This document shows positions 1-12,463 of a DNA stretch of 36,018 bases, piece after piece (position 1 is the stretch's first letter; the number at the start of each line of letters is the position of its first letter). A model generated the notes under the pieces. It worked only from the letters and a program-made list of their open reading frames with translations, did not search any database and was not told the DNA's origin. Source of the DNA: a virus; IMG/VR virus record IMGVR_UViG_3300029305_003025; one strand, 5' to 3'. The position numbers were made by a program, and so were the translations under genes.

Positions 1-53
1 ATATTTTACCTTGAAAAAACATCATAAAACATGTTAAAATATATAAGTAATTT

Positions 54-128
<75 letters not shown>

Positions 129-175
129 TGAAAATAAAGGGATACAGCGTTTACACTGTATCCTATTTTTGCGTT

Positions 176-197
176 TTGACGTAATTTTGACGTAATT
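176..197 (+). repeat. Tandem 11-bp arm-type site (TTGACGTAATT x2), left
   Basis: TTGACGTAATTTTGACGTAATT; the identical 22-mer is near the right end. Confidence 0.7.
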
Positions 198-211
198 AAG
201 GGTAAAAAAAA

Positions 212-1267
212 TTAAAATAAATCGTCAAGTTTTTGACTGGCTTTTTTATCTTCTTCAGATATTGCATGTAAATAATAAGCAGAAGCAGTTGCAGGAAGAT
301 GACCAAGTCTTTTAGCTATTGTTACTATATCTACTCCTTTAGATGCTAATAGACTTCCATTTGTATGTCTTAAATCATGTAAAGTAATATATTTTAAATT
401 GTTTTTCTTTACAAAGCTAGTCCATTGTCTGCTGTAAGTTGATGGGTATATATTAAATAATAAATCATCTTTATCTTGATTGCTGTAAAATTCTTTTAAT
501 TTCTTCATCAATATTTCTGGAGCAACAAATTCTCTTGTACGTTTATTTTTAGTCTCTTTAAATGTTGTTCCGTTGACAGTTCTAACTTTATTTTGTTGTA
601 TATGAATAATATTGTTATTAAAATCTATATCTTTCCAACGTAAAGCTAATACTTCGCCACGTCGAGCACCAGTATAAAAAGACACGTACACCATAGTTTT
701 AAATGGGTCTTCTGTTTTATCTAAAACATCAAATAATAACTTTATTTCTTCATTATTATAAATTTCTTGTTCTTTTTTGGGCTTATTCTTATTATTAGGA
801 ATAGCAACTTTATGAGCAACATTAGATTGTAATAATTCCCACTCAATACCTTTTTCTAAAATTGCTGAAATTAGCTTTATATCGTTTTTTATGGTTTTAG
901 ATGCTAAATTATATTCTTCACATTCTTTATTAGCTAAATCTTGAATATGAAGTTTTTTTAGAGTATTTATTTTATAATGTCCTATCTCAGGAAGGATATG
1001 TTTATTAAGTTGATATTTATAGTTGATTACAGTTGTATCTGACAAATTATTCTTTGCGTATTTATCTAAAAACATTTGAGCTAATTCAGTAAAAGATAAA
1101 TTTGAAGAAAGATAAGTCCCTTTTTCGACTTCGGATATGAATTGAGCTAGTTTTTTATTAGCTTCAGTTTTAGAATCAGCTTTAATTGTTTGAGAATATC
1201 TTTCTCCTTCGCACATATATTCAAGATAATAACTATTTTTACCTCTTTTTCTTATTGTTCCTGCCAT
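212..1267 (-). CDS. int: Tyrosine-family site-specific integrase
   Basis: TGARRGEVLALRW, HDLRHTNGSLL, RLGHLPATASAYYLHA motifs; adjacent to attL. Confidence 0.96.
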   Translation of the reverse strand: MAGTIRKRGKNSYYLEYMCEGERYSQTIKADSKTEANKKLAQFISEVEKGTYLSSNLSFTELAQMFLDKYAKNNLSDTTVINYKYQLNKHILPEIGHYKINTLKKLHIQDLANKECEEYNLASKTIKNDIKLISAILEKGIEWELLQSNVAHKVAIPNNKNKPKKEQEIYNNEEIKLLFDVLDKTEDPFKTMVYVSFYTGARRGEVLALRWKDIDFNNNIIHIQQNKVRTVNGTTFKETKNKRTREFVAPEILMKKLKEFYSNQDKDDLLFNIYPSTYSRQWTSFVKKNNLKYITLHDLRHTNGSLLASKGVDIVTIAKRLGHLPATASAYYLHAISEEDKKASQKLDDLF

Positions 1268-2241
1268 TATTTCATCTCCATTTTACCAATATATTTCCCT
1301 ATAACTTTTATCTCAGTATCTTTATTATATACTTGTGTATTAAATGAAGGGTCATTGCTTAATGGTTCTAATATAATCAAATCTCCTTGCTTTGAGAATT
1401 TCTTTAGTGTAGCATCAAATCCATTAACTAAAACAACGGCTATATCACCATTTTCTACAAAATCAGTTTTTCTAATTAAGGCATAAGCGCCATTTTTAAT
1501 TTCCTTATTCATACTTTCACCATTTACTTTTAAGAAAAAACATTCTTCTGGATTAGTAATATTCATCATTTCAGGGTCAATAGGAATACGACCTTCAATA
1601 CATTCCTCAGCCCAATTAGGTTGTCCTGCAGATATACGTCCATATACTGGCGTCATATAAAATTTGTTTGGTAAAATATTATTTATATTCTCTTTCTTGT
1701 TATCTATTAAAGAATAAAAATAATGAAATACACTTTTAACTTTTAAATCTTCTATTAACTCTTTAATAATTATATTTATAAATTCTCTAATTCCTTTTCT
1801 ATCATCTTTATCAAAAGAATTAACATATTTATCTATTTTTTCTTTTTTTTCTTTTATGTTATTTTGATTAATATTGCACAATACATCAACTATAAAATCT
1901 ACATCCTCTTCTTTTAAAGAATATGTGATAACGTATTCCGAATGATATCTTTCAATAGTTTTCAATATAATAAGTTTATTTTGAGTAATAGAATAATTAT
2001 CAAAATCTTCTTCAATTGTTTTAAATTCACTTTTTCCTACTAGATAATCCATAGAACATCCAAACAATTCACACATTTTAGATTTTATCTCATCGCTAGG
2101 TGCATTTGCCCCACTTTCATAGTTAGCAATACTTGATTTTGCGTTTAATCCTAATTTATCAGCAAGCTGTTCCTGTGTGTATCCTTTTTCTTTTCTTAGA
2201 ATTTTTATACGTTCAGCAATAATAGGTTTTTCTTCATTCAT
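1267..2241 (-). CDS. CI/LexA-like phage repressor: N-terminal XRE HTH, long middle region, C-terminal S24 autoprotease
   Basis: HTH LADKLGLNAKSSIANYESG; ISAGQP cleavage-like site, GESMN serine and ATLKK lysine of S24 peptidases. Confidence 0.93.
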   Translation of the reverse strand: MNEEKPIIAERIKILRKEKGYTQEQLADKLGLNAKSSIANYESGANAPSDEIKSKMCELFGCSMDYLVGKSEFKTIEEDFDNYSITQNKLIILKTIERYHSEYVITYSLKEEDVDFIVDVLCNINQNNIKEKKEKIDKYVNSFDKDDRKGIREFINIIIKELIEDLKVKSVFHYFYSLIDNKKENINNILPNKFYMTPVYGRISAGQPNWAEECIEGRIPIDPEMMNITNPEECFFLKVNGESMNKEIKNGAYALIRKTDFVENGDIAVVLVNGFDATLKKFSKQGDLIILEPLSNDPSFNTQVYNKDTEIKVIGKYIGKMEMK

Positions 2242-2273
2242 TTAAAATCACTCCTAATAATATTCTAACATAT

Positions 2274-2372
2274 AGTTCAGAAAAAGTAAACAATAAAAAT
2301 TTTTTTTCTTACAGCTTCTAACGATAGTTCAGTTATAAAAAACTTTTTTCGAAAAACTATTGACAAGTTCAG
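2274..2372. promoter_or_regulatory. Divergent lysogeny/early control region with three AGTTCAG repeats
   Basis: AGTTCAG at 2274-2280, 2326-2332, 2366-2372; one abuts the rightward -35 box. Confidence 0.6.
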
Positions 2373-2387
2373 TTGCTCTGATATAAT
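2360..2387 (+). promoter_or_regulatory. Early rightward promoter TTGACA-N16-TATAAT
   Basis: TTGACA 2360-2365, TATAAT 2382-2387, upstream of the Cro-like gene. Confidence 0.75.
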
Positions 2388-2420
2388 AAGTACAGTAAAA
2401 CAAAACCAGGGAGGTGTAGA

Positions 2421-2645
2421 ATGAATAAATATAGTCAGTATGTATATACAGAAGAATTGAAAAGGGAGAGAAAAAACAAAGGTTTATCCATTATAGACAT
2501 GGCTAGATTATTAGGATTTAAAAGCAAAGTTACATACTATAATATTGAGAATGGAATTTCAGAACCTAAAATATCGAATATAAATAATATATCTAAAATA
2601 TTAGGAAAATCTCCAAAAAATTTTTTTAATTTTAAAGTTCAGTAA
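2421..2645 (+). CDS. Cro-like XRE-family regulator
   Basis: Short HTH protein with SIIDMARLLGFKSKVTYYNIENG; divergent from the repressor; RBS GGGAGG. Confidence 0.85.
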   Translation: MNKYSQYVYTEELKRERKNKGLSIIDMARLLGFKSKVTYYNIENGISEPKISNINNISKILGKSPKNFFNFKVQ

Positions 2646-2668
2646 AACTGATAAAAAGGAGGGCAAAT

Positions 2669-2953
2669 ATGGAAGAAACATTATTAACAATGGAAGAAGT
2701 AAAGCAATACTTCAAAGTAAAAGACACAAGAACAATAATAAAGTTTATAAATGAAGGTTTAAAGTGTTTCAAAATTGGAGCGAAAGATTATAGATTTGCC
2801 CCAAAAGACATAAAAGAATTTGTAGAAATAAAGACATTAGAATCACAAGAAACATTAGAAATTAAACCTATAAAAAGAAAAACAAGAAGTAAAACAATAA
2901 ACGTAGACTTTCAAAAGAGAAAAATCAATTTAGAACTAAACAAAGTAGTTTAG
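2669..2953 (+). CDS. Small HTH/excisionase-like DNA-binding protein
   Basis: MEEVKQYFKVKDTRTIIKFINEGLKCFKIGAKDYRFAPKDIKEF resembles MerR/Xis-type HTH_17. Confidence 0.6.
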   Translation: MEETLLTMEEVKQYFKVKDTRTIIKFINEGLKCFKIGAKDYRFAPKDIKEFVEIKTLESQETLEIKPIKRKTRSKTINVDFQKRKINLELNKVV

Positions 2954-2966
2954 AAAGGAGTTACAA

Positions 2967-3068
2967 ATGAAAAAGATAAAAGAAATTTTAAAAGGAACAT
3001 CATGTATAACATTACCAATATTAGGCTGTCTATTATATGGACTAGCTTGTAATATATTAGGTTTATAG
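2967..3068 (+). CDS. 33-aa hydrophobic micro-protein MKKIKEILKGTSCITLPILGCLLYGLACNILGL
   Basis: AAAGGAG RBS and one hydrophobic helix; below the supplied ORF length cut-off. Confidence 0.5.
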   Translation: MKKIKEILKGTSCITLPILGCLLYGLACNILGL

Positions 3069-3083
3069 AAAGGAGGAATAAGG

Positions 3084-3323
3084 ATGCCTAAAAAAAGAGA
3101 ATTAGAATCAAGATGTTTAGAATTAGCAAGAGCAGTAAGAACATTGGAAAATGAAAAAGCAGAAAGAGATTATTTTATACATTGTCAAGAAAAAACACAC
3201 AAGAAAGATAAGAACTTAATAAATGAAATTATTATTCTAGTAGAAAGCAATAATTACAATAATCCAAAAGTTAGATTAGACAAAGTAAAAGAGCTAGTTT
3301 CCGACTACCAATCAACAAACTAA
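3084..3323 (+). CDS. Hypothetical small phage protein
   Basis: 79-aa ORF with GGAGG upstream. Confidence 0.6.
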   Translation: MPKKRELESRCLELARAVRTLENEKAERDYFIHCQEKTHKKDKNLINEIIILVESNNYNNPKVRLDKVKELVSDYQSTN

Positions 3324-3405
3324 CTCAAAAATAAGAACATAAAAAATAATTCATATTTGTTTTAGTATAACACGAAAAAACAAATATGTCAAAGGAGAAA
3401 TGACA

Positions 3406-3591
3406 ATGCCAGAAACACTAGAAGAATTAGAGCGAAGATATTTTATGCTACAAATGCAAGATTGTTGGGATAGCAGTGATTATAGGTTTGCAGATGAATT
3501 AAGGCGAAAAATAAACCAGTTGAAGGAGGAAAAAAATGGACTTATATCCACATCAAAAGCAAGTGTTGAATCAGATAAAAGAAAAAACTAG
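3406..3591 (+). CDS. Hypothetical small protein (ELERRYFMLQMQD...ADELRRKI)
   Basis: ORF with AAAGGAG RBS; overlaps the helicase start. Confidence 0.6.
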   Translation: MPETLEELERRYFMLQMQDCWDSSDYRFADELRRKINQLKEEKNGLISTSKASVESDKRKN

Positions 3592-4765
3592 ATGCGCTTT
3601 GTATCTGGATATGGGATTAGGAAAGACATTTGTTGCATCAGAAAAAATGAAAGAACTTAATGATAATTTAGTAGTTATTGTTTGTCCAAAATCTGTTGTT
3701 TCAATATGGGAAATGCATATAAAAAAGTATTATTCAGAATACCAGGTATTTACTTATAATCTACCAGACCAATTATTAAATAAAACAGTAGTGATAATAA
3801 ACTATGATTTAATATGGAGGAGATCAGAATTTCTAGGATTAAATAATTACACATTGATTTTAGATGAATCTCAGTTCATAAAAAATTCAAAAGCATCAAG
3901 AACAAAATTTATTATGAATTTAAATTTCAAAAATTTAATTTTATGTAGTGGAACTCCAACTGGAGGAAAATATGAAGAATTATTAACACAATGCAAATTG
4001 TTAGGATGGAAAATTACTAAAGAGACATTTTGGAATATGTATATAAATTACATATTAATACCAATAAATGGTTATAAAATGCCTAAAGTAACAGGTTATA
4101 AAAATACTGAACATTTAAAACAAAGGTTAGCTCAATACGGTGCAGTATTCATGAAAACAGAGGAAGCAATAGAACTTCCAGAACAAATCGATAATGTAGT
4201 AAAAGTTGAAAACACAAAAGAATATAAGAGATTTAAGACAGATAGACTTATTACTTTAGATGATAAACAACTAATTGGAGACACATCACTTACAAGGCTC
4301 TTATATTTAAGACAATTAGCAGCACAATACAATAAAAATAAATTACAAGCACTTAAAGACATAATAGAATCTACAGATGACAGACTTATAATTTTTTACA
4401 ATTTTAATGAAGAAAGAAAATTGATTACTAGATTATGTACAGAAAAGAATATAAGCATAGTTTGTGGAGATATGAAAGACTTAACGCATTATGAAAAATA
4501 CAATAACAGTGTAACATTTGTACAATATCAAGCAGGAGCAACCGGACTAAACTTACAAAAGGCAAATAAAATAATTTATTTTAGTTTGCCTCTAAGTTCA
4601 GAATTATTTGAACAATCGAAGAAACGTATTCATCGTATAGGGCAAAAAAATAATTGTATGTATTATTACTTAATTACTGAAAATTCAATTGAAGAAAAAA
4701 TACTTGAAACATTGAAACAAAGAAAAGACTATACAGATGAATTATTTAAAAAGGAGGAATTATAA
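3536..4765 (+). CDS. SNF2-like superfamily 2 DNA helicase
   Basis: LDMGLGKTFVA Walker A, ILDESQ, CSGTPTG, QYQAGATGLNLQKAN, SKKRIHRIGQKN. Confidence 0.93.
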   Translation: MDLYPHQKQVLNQIKEKTRCALYLDMGLGKTFVASEKMKELNDNLVVIVCPKSVVSIWEMHIKKYYSEYQVFTYNLPDQLLNKTVVIINYDLIWRRSEFLGLNNYTLILDESQFIKNSKASRTKFIMNLNFKNLILCSGTPTGGKYEELLTQCKLLGWKITKETFWNMYINYILIPINGYKMPKVTGYKNTEHLKQRLAQYGAVFMKTEEAIELPEQIDNVVKVENTKEYKRFKTDRLITLDDKQLIGDTSLTRLLYLRQLAAQYNKNKLQALKDIIESTDDRLIIFYNFNEERKLITRLCTEKNISIVCGDMKDLTHYEKYNNSVTFVQYQAGATGLNLQKANKIIYFSLPLSSELFEQSKKRIHRIGQKNNCMYYYLITENSIEEKILETLKQRKDYTDELFKKEEL

Positions 4766-4766
4766 A

Positions 4767-5116
4767 ATGCAAAAATTAGATTTAGATAGTGAATTATTAA
4801 AACCTATGAGGGATCAACTGGAAATTATATTGAATAGACTTATGAATATCGTTGTTACAGGAAAAAGAGAAGCAGAAATTAATTTGAAGATAAATTTAGA
4901 TAGTTCTCACTTCGGAGATACAACAGAGGAAGGCGAATACATCGAATGGGAAGAACCTAGAATTGATTATTCAATAAGCGAAAAAATAAAAGAAACTAAA
5001 AATACAAATAAAGGTAGTGTCGGATATGACTATGAGTTAAAAATTAATGAAGAAACTAACGAAGTATTTGTTGAAAAAATTAATAAACAACTTAGTATTG
5101 ATGAATTGGAGGACTA

Positions 5117-5117
<1 letters not shown>
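4767..5117 (+). CDS. Hypothetical protein
   Basis: ATG at 4767 with AAGGAGG RBS; ends at the start of the nuclease. Confidence 0.6.
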
Positions 5118-6157
<1,040 letters not shown>

Positions 6158-6169
6158 GGAGGAAATAAG

Positions 6170-6895
6170 ATGTTACCAGAAAATAAAAAAAGAGATGTTC
6201 AGGCATCTAAAAAAGTAAAATTATATTTATATGGAAGTCCTATGAGTGGAAAAACAACTTTTGCTAACGGATTTCCAGAACCATTGATATTAAATACAGA
6301 TGGAAATATACAATATGTAGATGCTCCATATATAGCAATAAGAGATGAAGTAAGTATGGAGGGAAGAATAAAAAAAGTAAAATTTGCTTGGGAAGTTTTT
6401 AAAGAAGCAGTAGATGAAATAATAGCAGGAAATCACTCTTACAAAACAATAGTTATAGATTTAATAGAAGATGTATATGAAGCATGTAGAGTTTATATGT
6501 ATAACAAACTAGAAATAGAACATGAATCAGATGCGGGATATGGAAAAGGTTATGACATGATTAAAACAGAATTTTTAACAATAATAAAAAGAATTATTAA
6601 CAGTGATTATAACATTGTTTTACTAAGTCATGACAAAGTAGAAGAAGTAAATTTTAAAAATGGTACAAGTATTACAAGTTACACTGTAAACCTACAAGAA
6701 AAAATAGCAAAAAAACTAGCTGGAATGGTAGATATTACAGCAAGAGTAATTCTAGATAATGATAATAAAAGATATTTAGATTTTACATATAACGATTATG
6801 TGTTTGGTGGAAACAGAATAGGTTTACAACAAACTAGAATACCACTAAATGTGGAAGAATTTAAAAAAGAATTTATAAATGGAGGTAAAAAATAA
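6170..6895 (+). CDS. Sak4-like phage P-loop ATPase (recombination)
   Basis: LYGSPMSGKTTFANGFPEPLILNTDG Walker A; position between nuclease and DUF669-like gene. Confidence 0.8.
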   Translation: MLPENKKRDVQASKKVKLYLYGSPMSGKTTFANGFPEPLILNTDGNIQYVDAPYIAIRDEVSMEGRIKKVKFAWEVFKEAVDEIIAGNHSYKTIVIDLIEDVYEACRVYMYNKLEIEHESDAGYGKGYDMIKTEFLTIIKRIINSDYNIVLLSHDKVEEVNFKNGTSITSYTVNLQEKIAKKLAGMVDITARVILDNDNKRYLDFTYNDYVFGGNRIGLQQTRIPLNVEEFKKEFINGGKK

Positions 6896-7398
6896 TGGCA
6901 ATTAATTGGGAAGAATTTGATAGTAAAGTAGATATAGAAGGATTAGAGAAAGATGTACAAGATGCATCAACAAGAGAATTTGGAGAATATGACGAAGTTG
7001 AAGAAGGAACATATGAAGTTAAAATTACAAAATTAGAATTAGGACAATCTAAAAAAGGAGACCCTATGGTAACAACTTGGTTTGAAATATTAAATGGAAA
7101 AAATCAAGGAAGATTAATATTTATGAATCAATTAGTAAGAGAAGGATTTCAAATACATGTTGTTAATGAGTTTTTAAGAAGTTTAGAAACAGACGAAATA
7201 GTAGAATTTAAAGGTTATGCAAATTACAATATTTTGTTACTAAATATATATGAAAAAATTGTTAATGAAGAATATGCACTTGAATATGGAAAAAATAAAA
7301 AAGGATTTAAAACTTTTAAAATTGCAGAAAAATTCAAAAAAGCAAATATACCTGTTACTGAATCAGATGAAATAAAAGAAGATTTAGGTTGGGGCTAG
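6895..7398 (+). CDS. DUF669-like/SSB-associated phage protein
   Basis: VEEGTYEVKITKLELGQSKKGDPMVTTWFEILNGKNQGRLIF. Confidence 0.75.
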   Translation: MAINWEEFDSKVDIEGLEKDVQDASTREFGEYDEVEEGTYEVKITKLELGQSKKGDPMVTTWFEILNGKNQGRLIFMNQLVREGFQIHVVNEFLRSLETDEIVEFKGYANYNILLLNIYEKIVNEEYALEYGKNKKGFKTFKIAEKFKKANIPVTESDEIKEDLGWG

Positions 7399-7406
7399 AA
7401 ATAAGA

Positions 7407-7432
7407 GGCAGCATAAGTGGAATTGTGCTGCC
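7407..7432 (+). other. Intergenic hairpin GGCAGCA-TAAGTGGAATTG-TGCTGCC
   Basis: Perfect 7-bp stem with 12-nt loop before the primase-helicase gene; partially similar element at 14483-14511. Confidence 0.5.
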
Positions 7433-7462
7433 TTTACTCAAAAGAAAAGGCAGGTGTAATAA

Positions 7463-9700
<2,238 letters not shown>

Positions 9701-9772
9701 CCTTACAGCTCTAAAGATTTAAGAAGTTTTTACACAGTTAACAAGTCCGTTACCATTAAAAAGGAGGTAAAA

Positions 9773-10060
9773 ATGATACAAGTTTCAAAAAACATTTTTA
9801 TAGAAGGCTTTGAAAATCAACAAACATTTGACGATTGGTTAAAACAACAAGATGAACAAATGCCAAAAACAGTTATGTTAAAAATGTTTAAATGGTTCTT
9901 AATGAGATTAGAAGATAATGCAAAAGAAAATAAGTTCAATAAAAAAGTTATGGAAGGAATAGACAAATATTCTAAAAGAGTTATTGAAAATAAAATTATG
10001 CAAGAAGATGACGTTATAAAGTATATCAGACTAGCAATTGGATGGGAGGAAACAACATGA
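9773..10060 (+). CDS. Hypothetical early protein
   Basis: ATG at 9773 after AAGGAGG. Confidence 0.6.
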   Translation: MIQVSKNIFIEGFENQQTFDDWLKQQDEQMPKTVMLKMFKWFLMRLEDNAKENKFNKKVMEGIDKYSKRVIENKIMQEDDVIKYIRLAIGWEETT

Positions 10061-10284
10061 ACGAAATAATAGAAATCTTAAACAACTTAGATAAACACAT
10101 AATATATAACAAATACATAAATTCAATATGTTACAGTGCAGAGTTTATAAAAGCAAAGGAAGAGATATTGAAGATGTTGGAAGAGAAAGAAGTAATTAAA
10201 ATAGAAGAAAGATTTAGAGAAATGGACAAGAAACTAAATAAATTAAAACGTGAAGGATATATAGAATTTGAAGGTATGAGATAG
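10042..10284 (+). CDS. Hypothetical early protein
   Basis: Supplied ORF; likely start at the ATG near 10057. Confidence 0.5.
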   Translation: MGGNNMNEIIEILNNLDKHIIYNKYINSICYSAEFIKAKEEILKMLEEKEVIKIEERFREMDKKLNKLKREGYIEFEGMR

Positions 10285-10297
10285 GAGGAAATATGAG

Positions 10298-10447
10298 ATG
10301 AAATATATGGATTTTATATTTGGAATAGTTGAAATTATAGTTGGAATCATTATATTTAATAAAACTCAAAATGCATTTATACTTGCAATGCTTTGCATGT
10401 ATGGTGGCTATAATTGTGGAAAAGGTTTATATAAGGAGGAAATATGA
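10298..10447 (+). CDS. 49-aa membrane protein MKYMDFIFGIVEIIVGIIIFNKTQNAFILAMLCMYGGYNC...
   Basis: GGAGG RBS and hydrophobic segments. Confidence 0.5.
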   Translation: MKYMDFIFGIVEIIVGIIIFNKTQNAFILAMLCMYGGYNCGKGLYKEEI

Positions 10448-10863
10448 TAGAAGTAGGAGAGTATTATAGAACTAAAAAAGGATTAATAAGAAAAGTAAAA
10501 ACTGTAAATACACCAGAAACAAGAAAAGAAAAAGGTTTTGGATATAGAAAACGTAACGTGCTACTAGTAAATGGAGTACATACATTAGAAGACATAGAGA
10601 CACACTCATTTAATACAATAGATTTAACAAAAATAGGAGACTATGTGAATGGTGAATTAGTAATAGATATAATTGAATATTGGGAAACATTAGATGATGG
10701 AACAGAAGAATATAGAGGAAGAAAGTTAGTGACACAATACAGAACAGCACAATTTAAAGGAACAGATATGAAATATTACATATATCAAGCTGATATCAAA
10801 ACAATACTAACAAAAGAATTGTTTGAAGCTAACTGTTATAAAGTAAAGGAGGAAATATGTTAA
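10444..10863 (+). CDS. Hypothetical phage protein
   Basis: 139-aa ORF (IEVGEYYRTKKGLIRKVKTV...), RBS AAGGAGG. Confidence 0.65.
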   Translation: MIEVGEYYRTKKGLIRKVKTVNTPETRKEKGFGYRKRNVLLVNGVHTLEDIETHSFNTIDLTKIGDYVNGELVIDIIEYWETLDDGTEEYRGRKLVTQYRTAQFKGTDMKYYIYQADIKTILTKELFEANCYKVKEEIC

Positions 10864-11109
10864 AGATAAAAGAACGGAGTAGATTTAAAAGAATTAGAGA
10901 AGTTTGGATATAGATTAGGATTAGATGATGCTTGCCACAAAGCTTATATTAAAGACTTAGAATACAACGATTACATAGCAATATATAAAGATAGAACAAT
11001 TTTTATATGCATTGAAGATTTTTGCGGAAGTAGTTGGGAAGAATATCAAAAAGAACTTTTAACTGACCTAATCCAAGCAGGACTAGTAGAAAAAGTAAAG
11101 GAGGAATAA
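10857..11109 (+). CDS. 83-aa phage protein requiring a +1 shift at CGG 10875-10877
   Basis: Frame 0 stops after 18 codons; skipping C10875 gives MLKIKE-G-VDLKELEKFGYRLGLDDACHKAYIKDLEYNDYIAIYKDRTIFICIEDF..., absent from the ORF track. Confidence 0.82.
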
Positions 11110-11322
11110 TGGAAAATTGATATTTGGCAGTATCATTGTAAAATTGATAGTTATAAAAATGAAAGTATAGATAAGATATTAAGATGGTTTAGACAAAATT
11201 GGTTATGGTCTTATGATAATGGTCATTGTGCATTTGATGTTTACAAAAATGGTAAACTATTAACGTTTGAGGAAGAATACAAATTGGGATTTTTTGAAGA
11301 TGATTATTATGAGGAGGAATAG
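11109..11322 (+). CDS. ~70-aa protein starting at TAATG junction, apparently interrupted by in-frame TGA 11118-11120 and open in +1
   Basis: MEN-(T)-DIWQYHCKIDSYKNESIDKILRWFRQNWLWSYDNGHCAFDVYKNGKLLTFEEEYKLGFFEDDYYEEE; the long frame has no ATG/GTG/TTG near the RBS. Confidence 0.45.
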
Positions 11323-11324
11323 AG

Positions 11325-11489
11325 TTGTATATATTTGGAAAATACGAAGTAGAATGTGATGAATTTGAAATAGAAACAATTGCAGACATATTTAAAGATA
11401 TGTATTTAGGAGTAGTAGGAACAACAGAAGAGGAATTAAAAGAAGCATTGGAGCGAGAAGGTTTCGATGTTAAAGAAGTGGAGGAATAG
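11325..11489 (+). CDS. 54-aa hypothetical protein (TTG start)
   Basis: GAGGAGG RBS; LYIFGKYEVECDEFEIETIADIFKDMYLGVVGTTEEELKEALEREGFDVKEVEE. Confidence 0.55.
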   Translation: MYIFGKYEVECDEFEIETIADIFKDMYLGVVGTTEEELKEALEREGFDVKEVEE

Positions 11490-11491
11490 AC

Positions 11492-11864
11492 TTGGAAGAA
11501 GAATGGCGAGATATAAAACGGATATGAAGGCATATATCAAATAAGTAATTTAGGCAGAGTTAAATCCTTAAAATTCGGAAAAGAAAAAATATTAAAATCA
11601 ACTCCAAATAGATATGGTTATCATACAGTAGGTTTAAGTATAAATAACATACATAAAACTAAAAAAGTACATATTTTAGTTGCACAATACTTTATTGCAA
11701 ATGTTATGAATAAACCTCAAGTAAATCACAAAGATGGAGATAAAACTAATAATAGGATAGATAATTTGGAATGGTGTAATCAAAGTGAAAATGAAAAACA
11801 CGCATATAGAACAGGTTTAGCAAAACCAAGAGGAAAGGGGAGAAAATGGAATGAAAACATATAA
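11492..11864 (+). CDS. NUMOD4/HNH homing-type endonuclease requiring a +1 shift at CGG 11519-11521
   Basis: TTG start; [25 protein letters not shown] (NUMOD4) then [24 protein letters not shown] (HNH). Length 373 = 3x124+1. Confidence 0.88.
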
Positions 11865-12191
11865 ACGGATGGGAAATATTAAGAATGATTGCAGAAAAAG
11901 AAATAACAAAACGGGACTAAATTAAGATACAAAGATACAATATGTGAATTTGATGGATTTACTATTTATGAAGGTGATGAACCTTTAATGTTACATTGGA
12001 CAGATGAACATATTGCAAATGCAGAATTTGAATTAATAGAAGAAAAACAAGATATAGATATACAAGCTATTGAAGAATTAAAACCAAATACAGTTTTTGA
12101 TACAAGAGAATCAATGAAAAATCATTTTAATAAAATAAATGAACTTATTAAAGCAGTAAAACAACTAGATAAAAAAATAAATAAGGAGTGA
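11851..12191 (+). CDS. 112-aa phage protein requiring two +1 shifts at CGG 11866-11868 and 11912-11914
   Basis: [54 protein letters not shown]...; length 341 = 3x113+2. Confidence 0.85.
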
Positions 12192-12198
12192 TACAAAT

Positions 12199-12336
12199 AT
12201 GTATGCAGAATGGATGGATGAATTTGATTTGATTGTAACAAAAGAAGATATACAACAATATGTGGAAAGCCTAAAAGAGAAAAGAAAAGGCAAATTAAAG
12301 AAAATACTAAAAAATATATTTAGAGAGGAGAGATAA
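12199..12336 (+). CDS. 45-aa hypothetical protein
   Basis: AAGGAG RBS; MYAEWMDEFDLIVTKEDIQQYVESLKEKRKGKLKKILKNIFREER. Confidence 0.5.
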   Translation: MYAEWMDEFDLIVTKEDIQQYVESLKEKRKGKLKKILKNIFREER

Positions 12337-12340
12337 AGAT

Positions 12341-12448
12341 ATGTTAGATATAGTAGCAACAATTTTTATAATAGCACTTATAATATTTACAATAGCAATA
12401 ATGGGGTTAGGAATATATGTAGTATATAAAATGGTAAAAGATTTTTAA
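12341..12448 (+). CDS. 35-aa single-TM peptide
   Basis: MLDIVATIFIIALIIFTIAIMGLGIYVVYKMVKDF after GAGGAG. Confidence 0.5.
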   Translation: MLDIVATIFIIALIIFTIAIMGLGIYVVYKMVKDF

Positions 12449-12463
12449 AGAGGAGAATAGCAA

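Noticed and set aside
1190-1486. Plus-strand 98-aa ORF over integrase/repressor junction
   Set aside because: Antisense to strongly supported genes; low-complexity translation.
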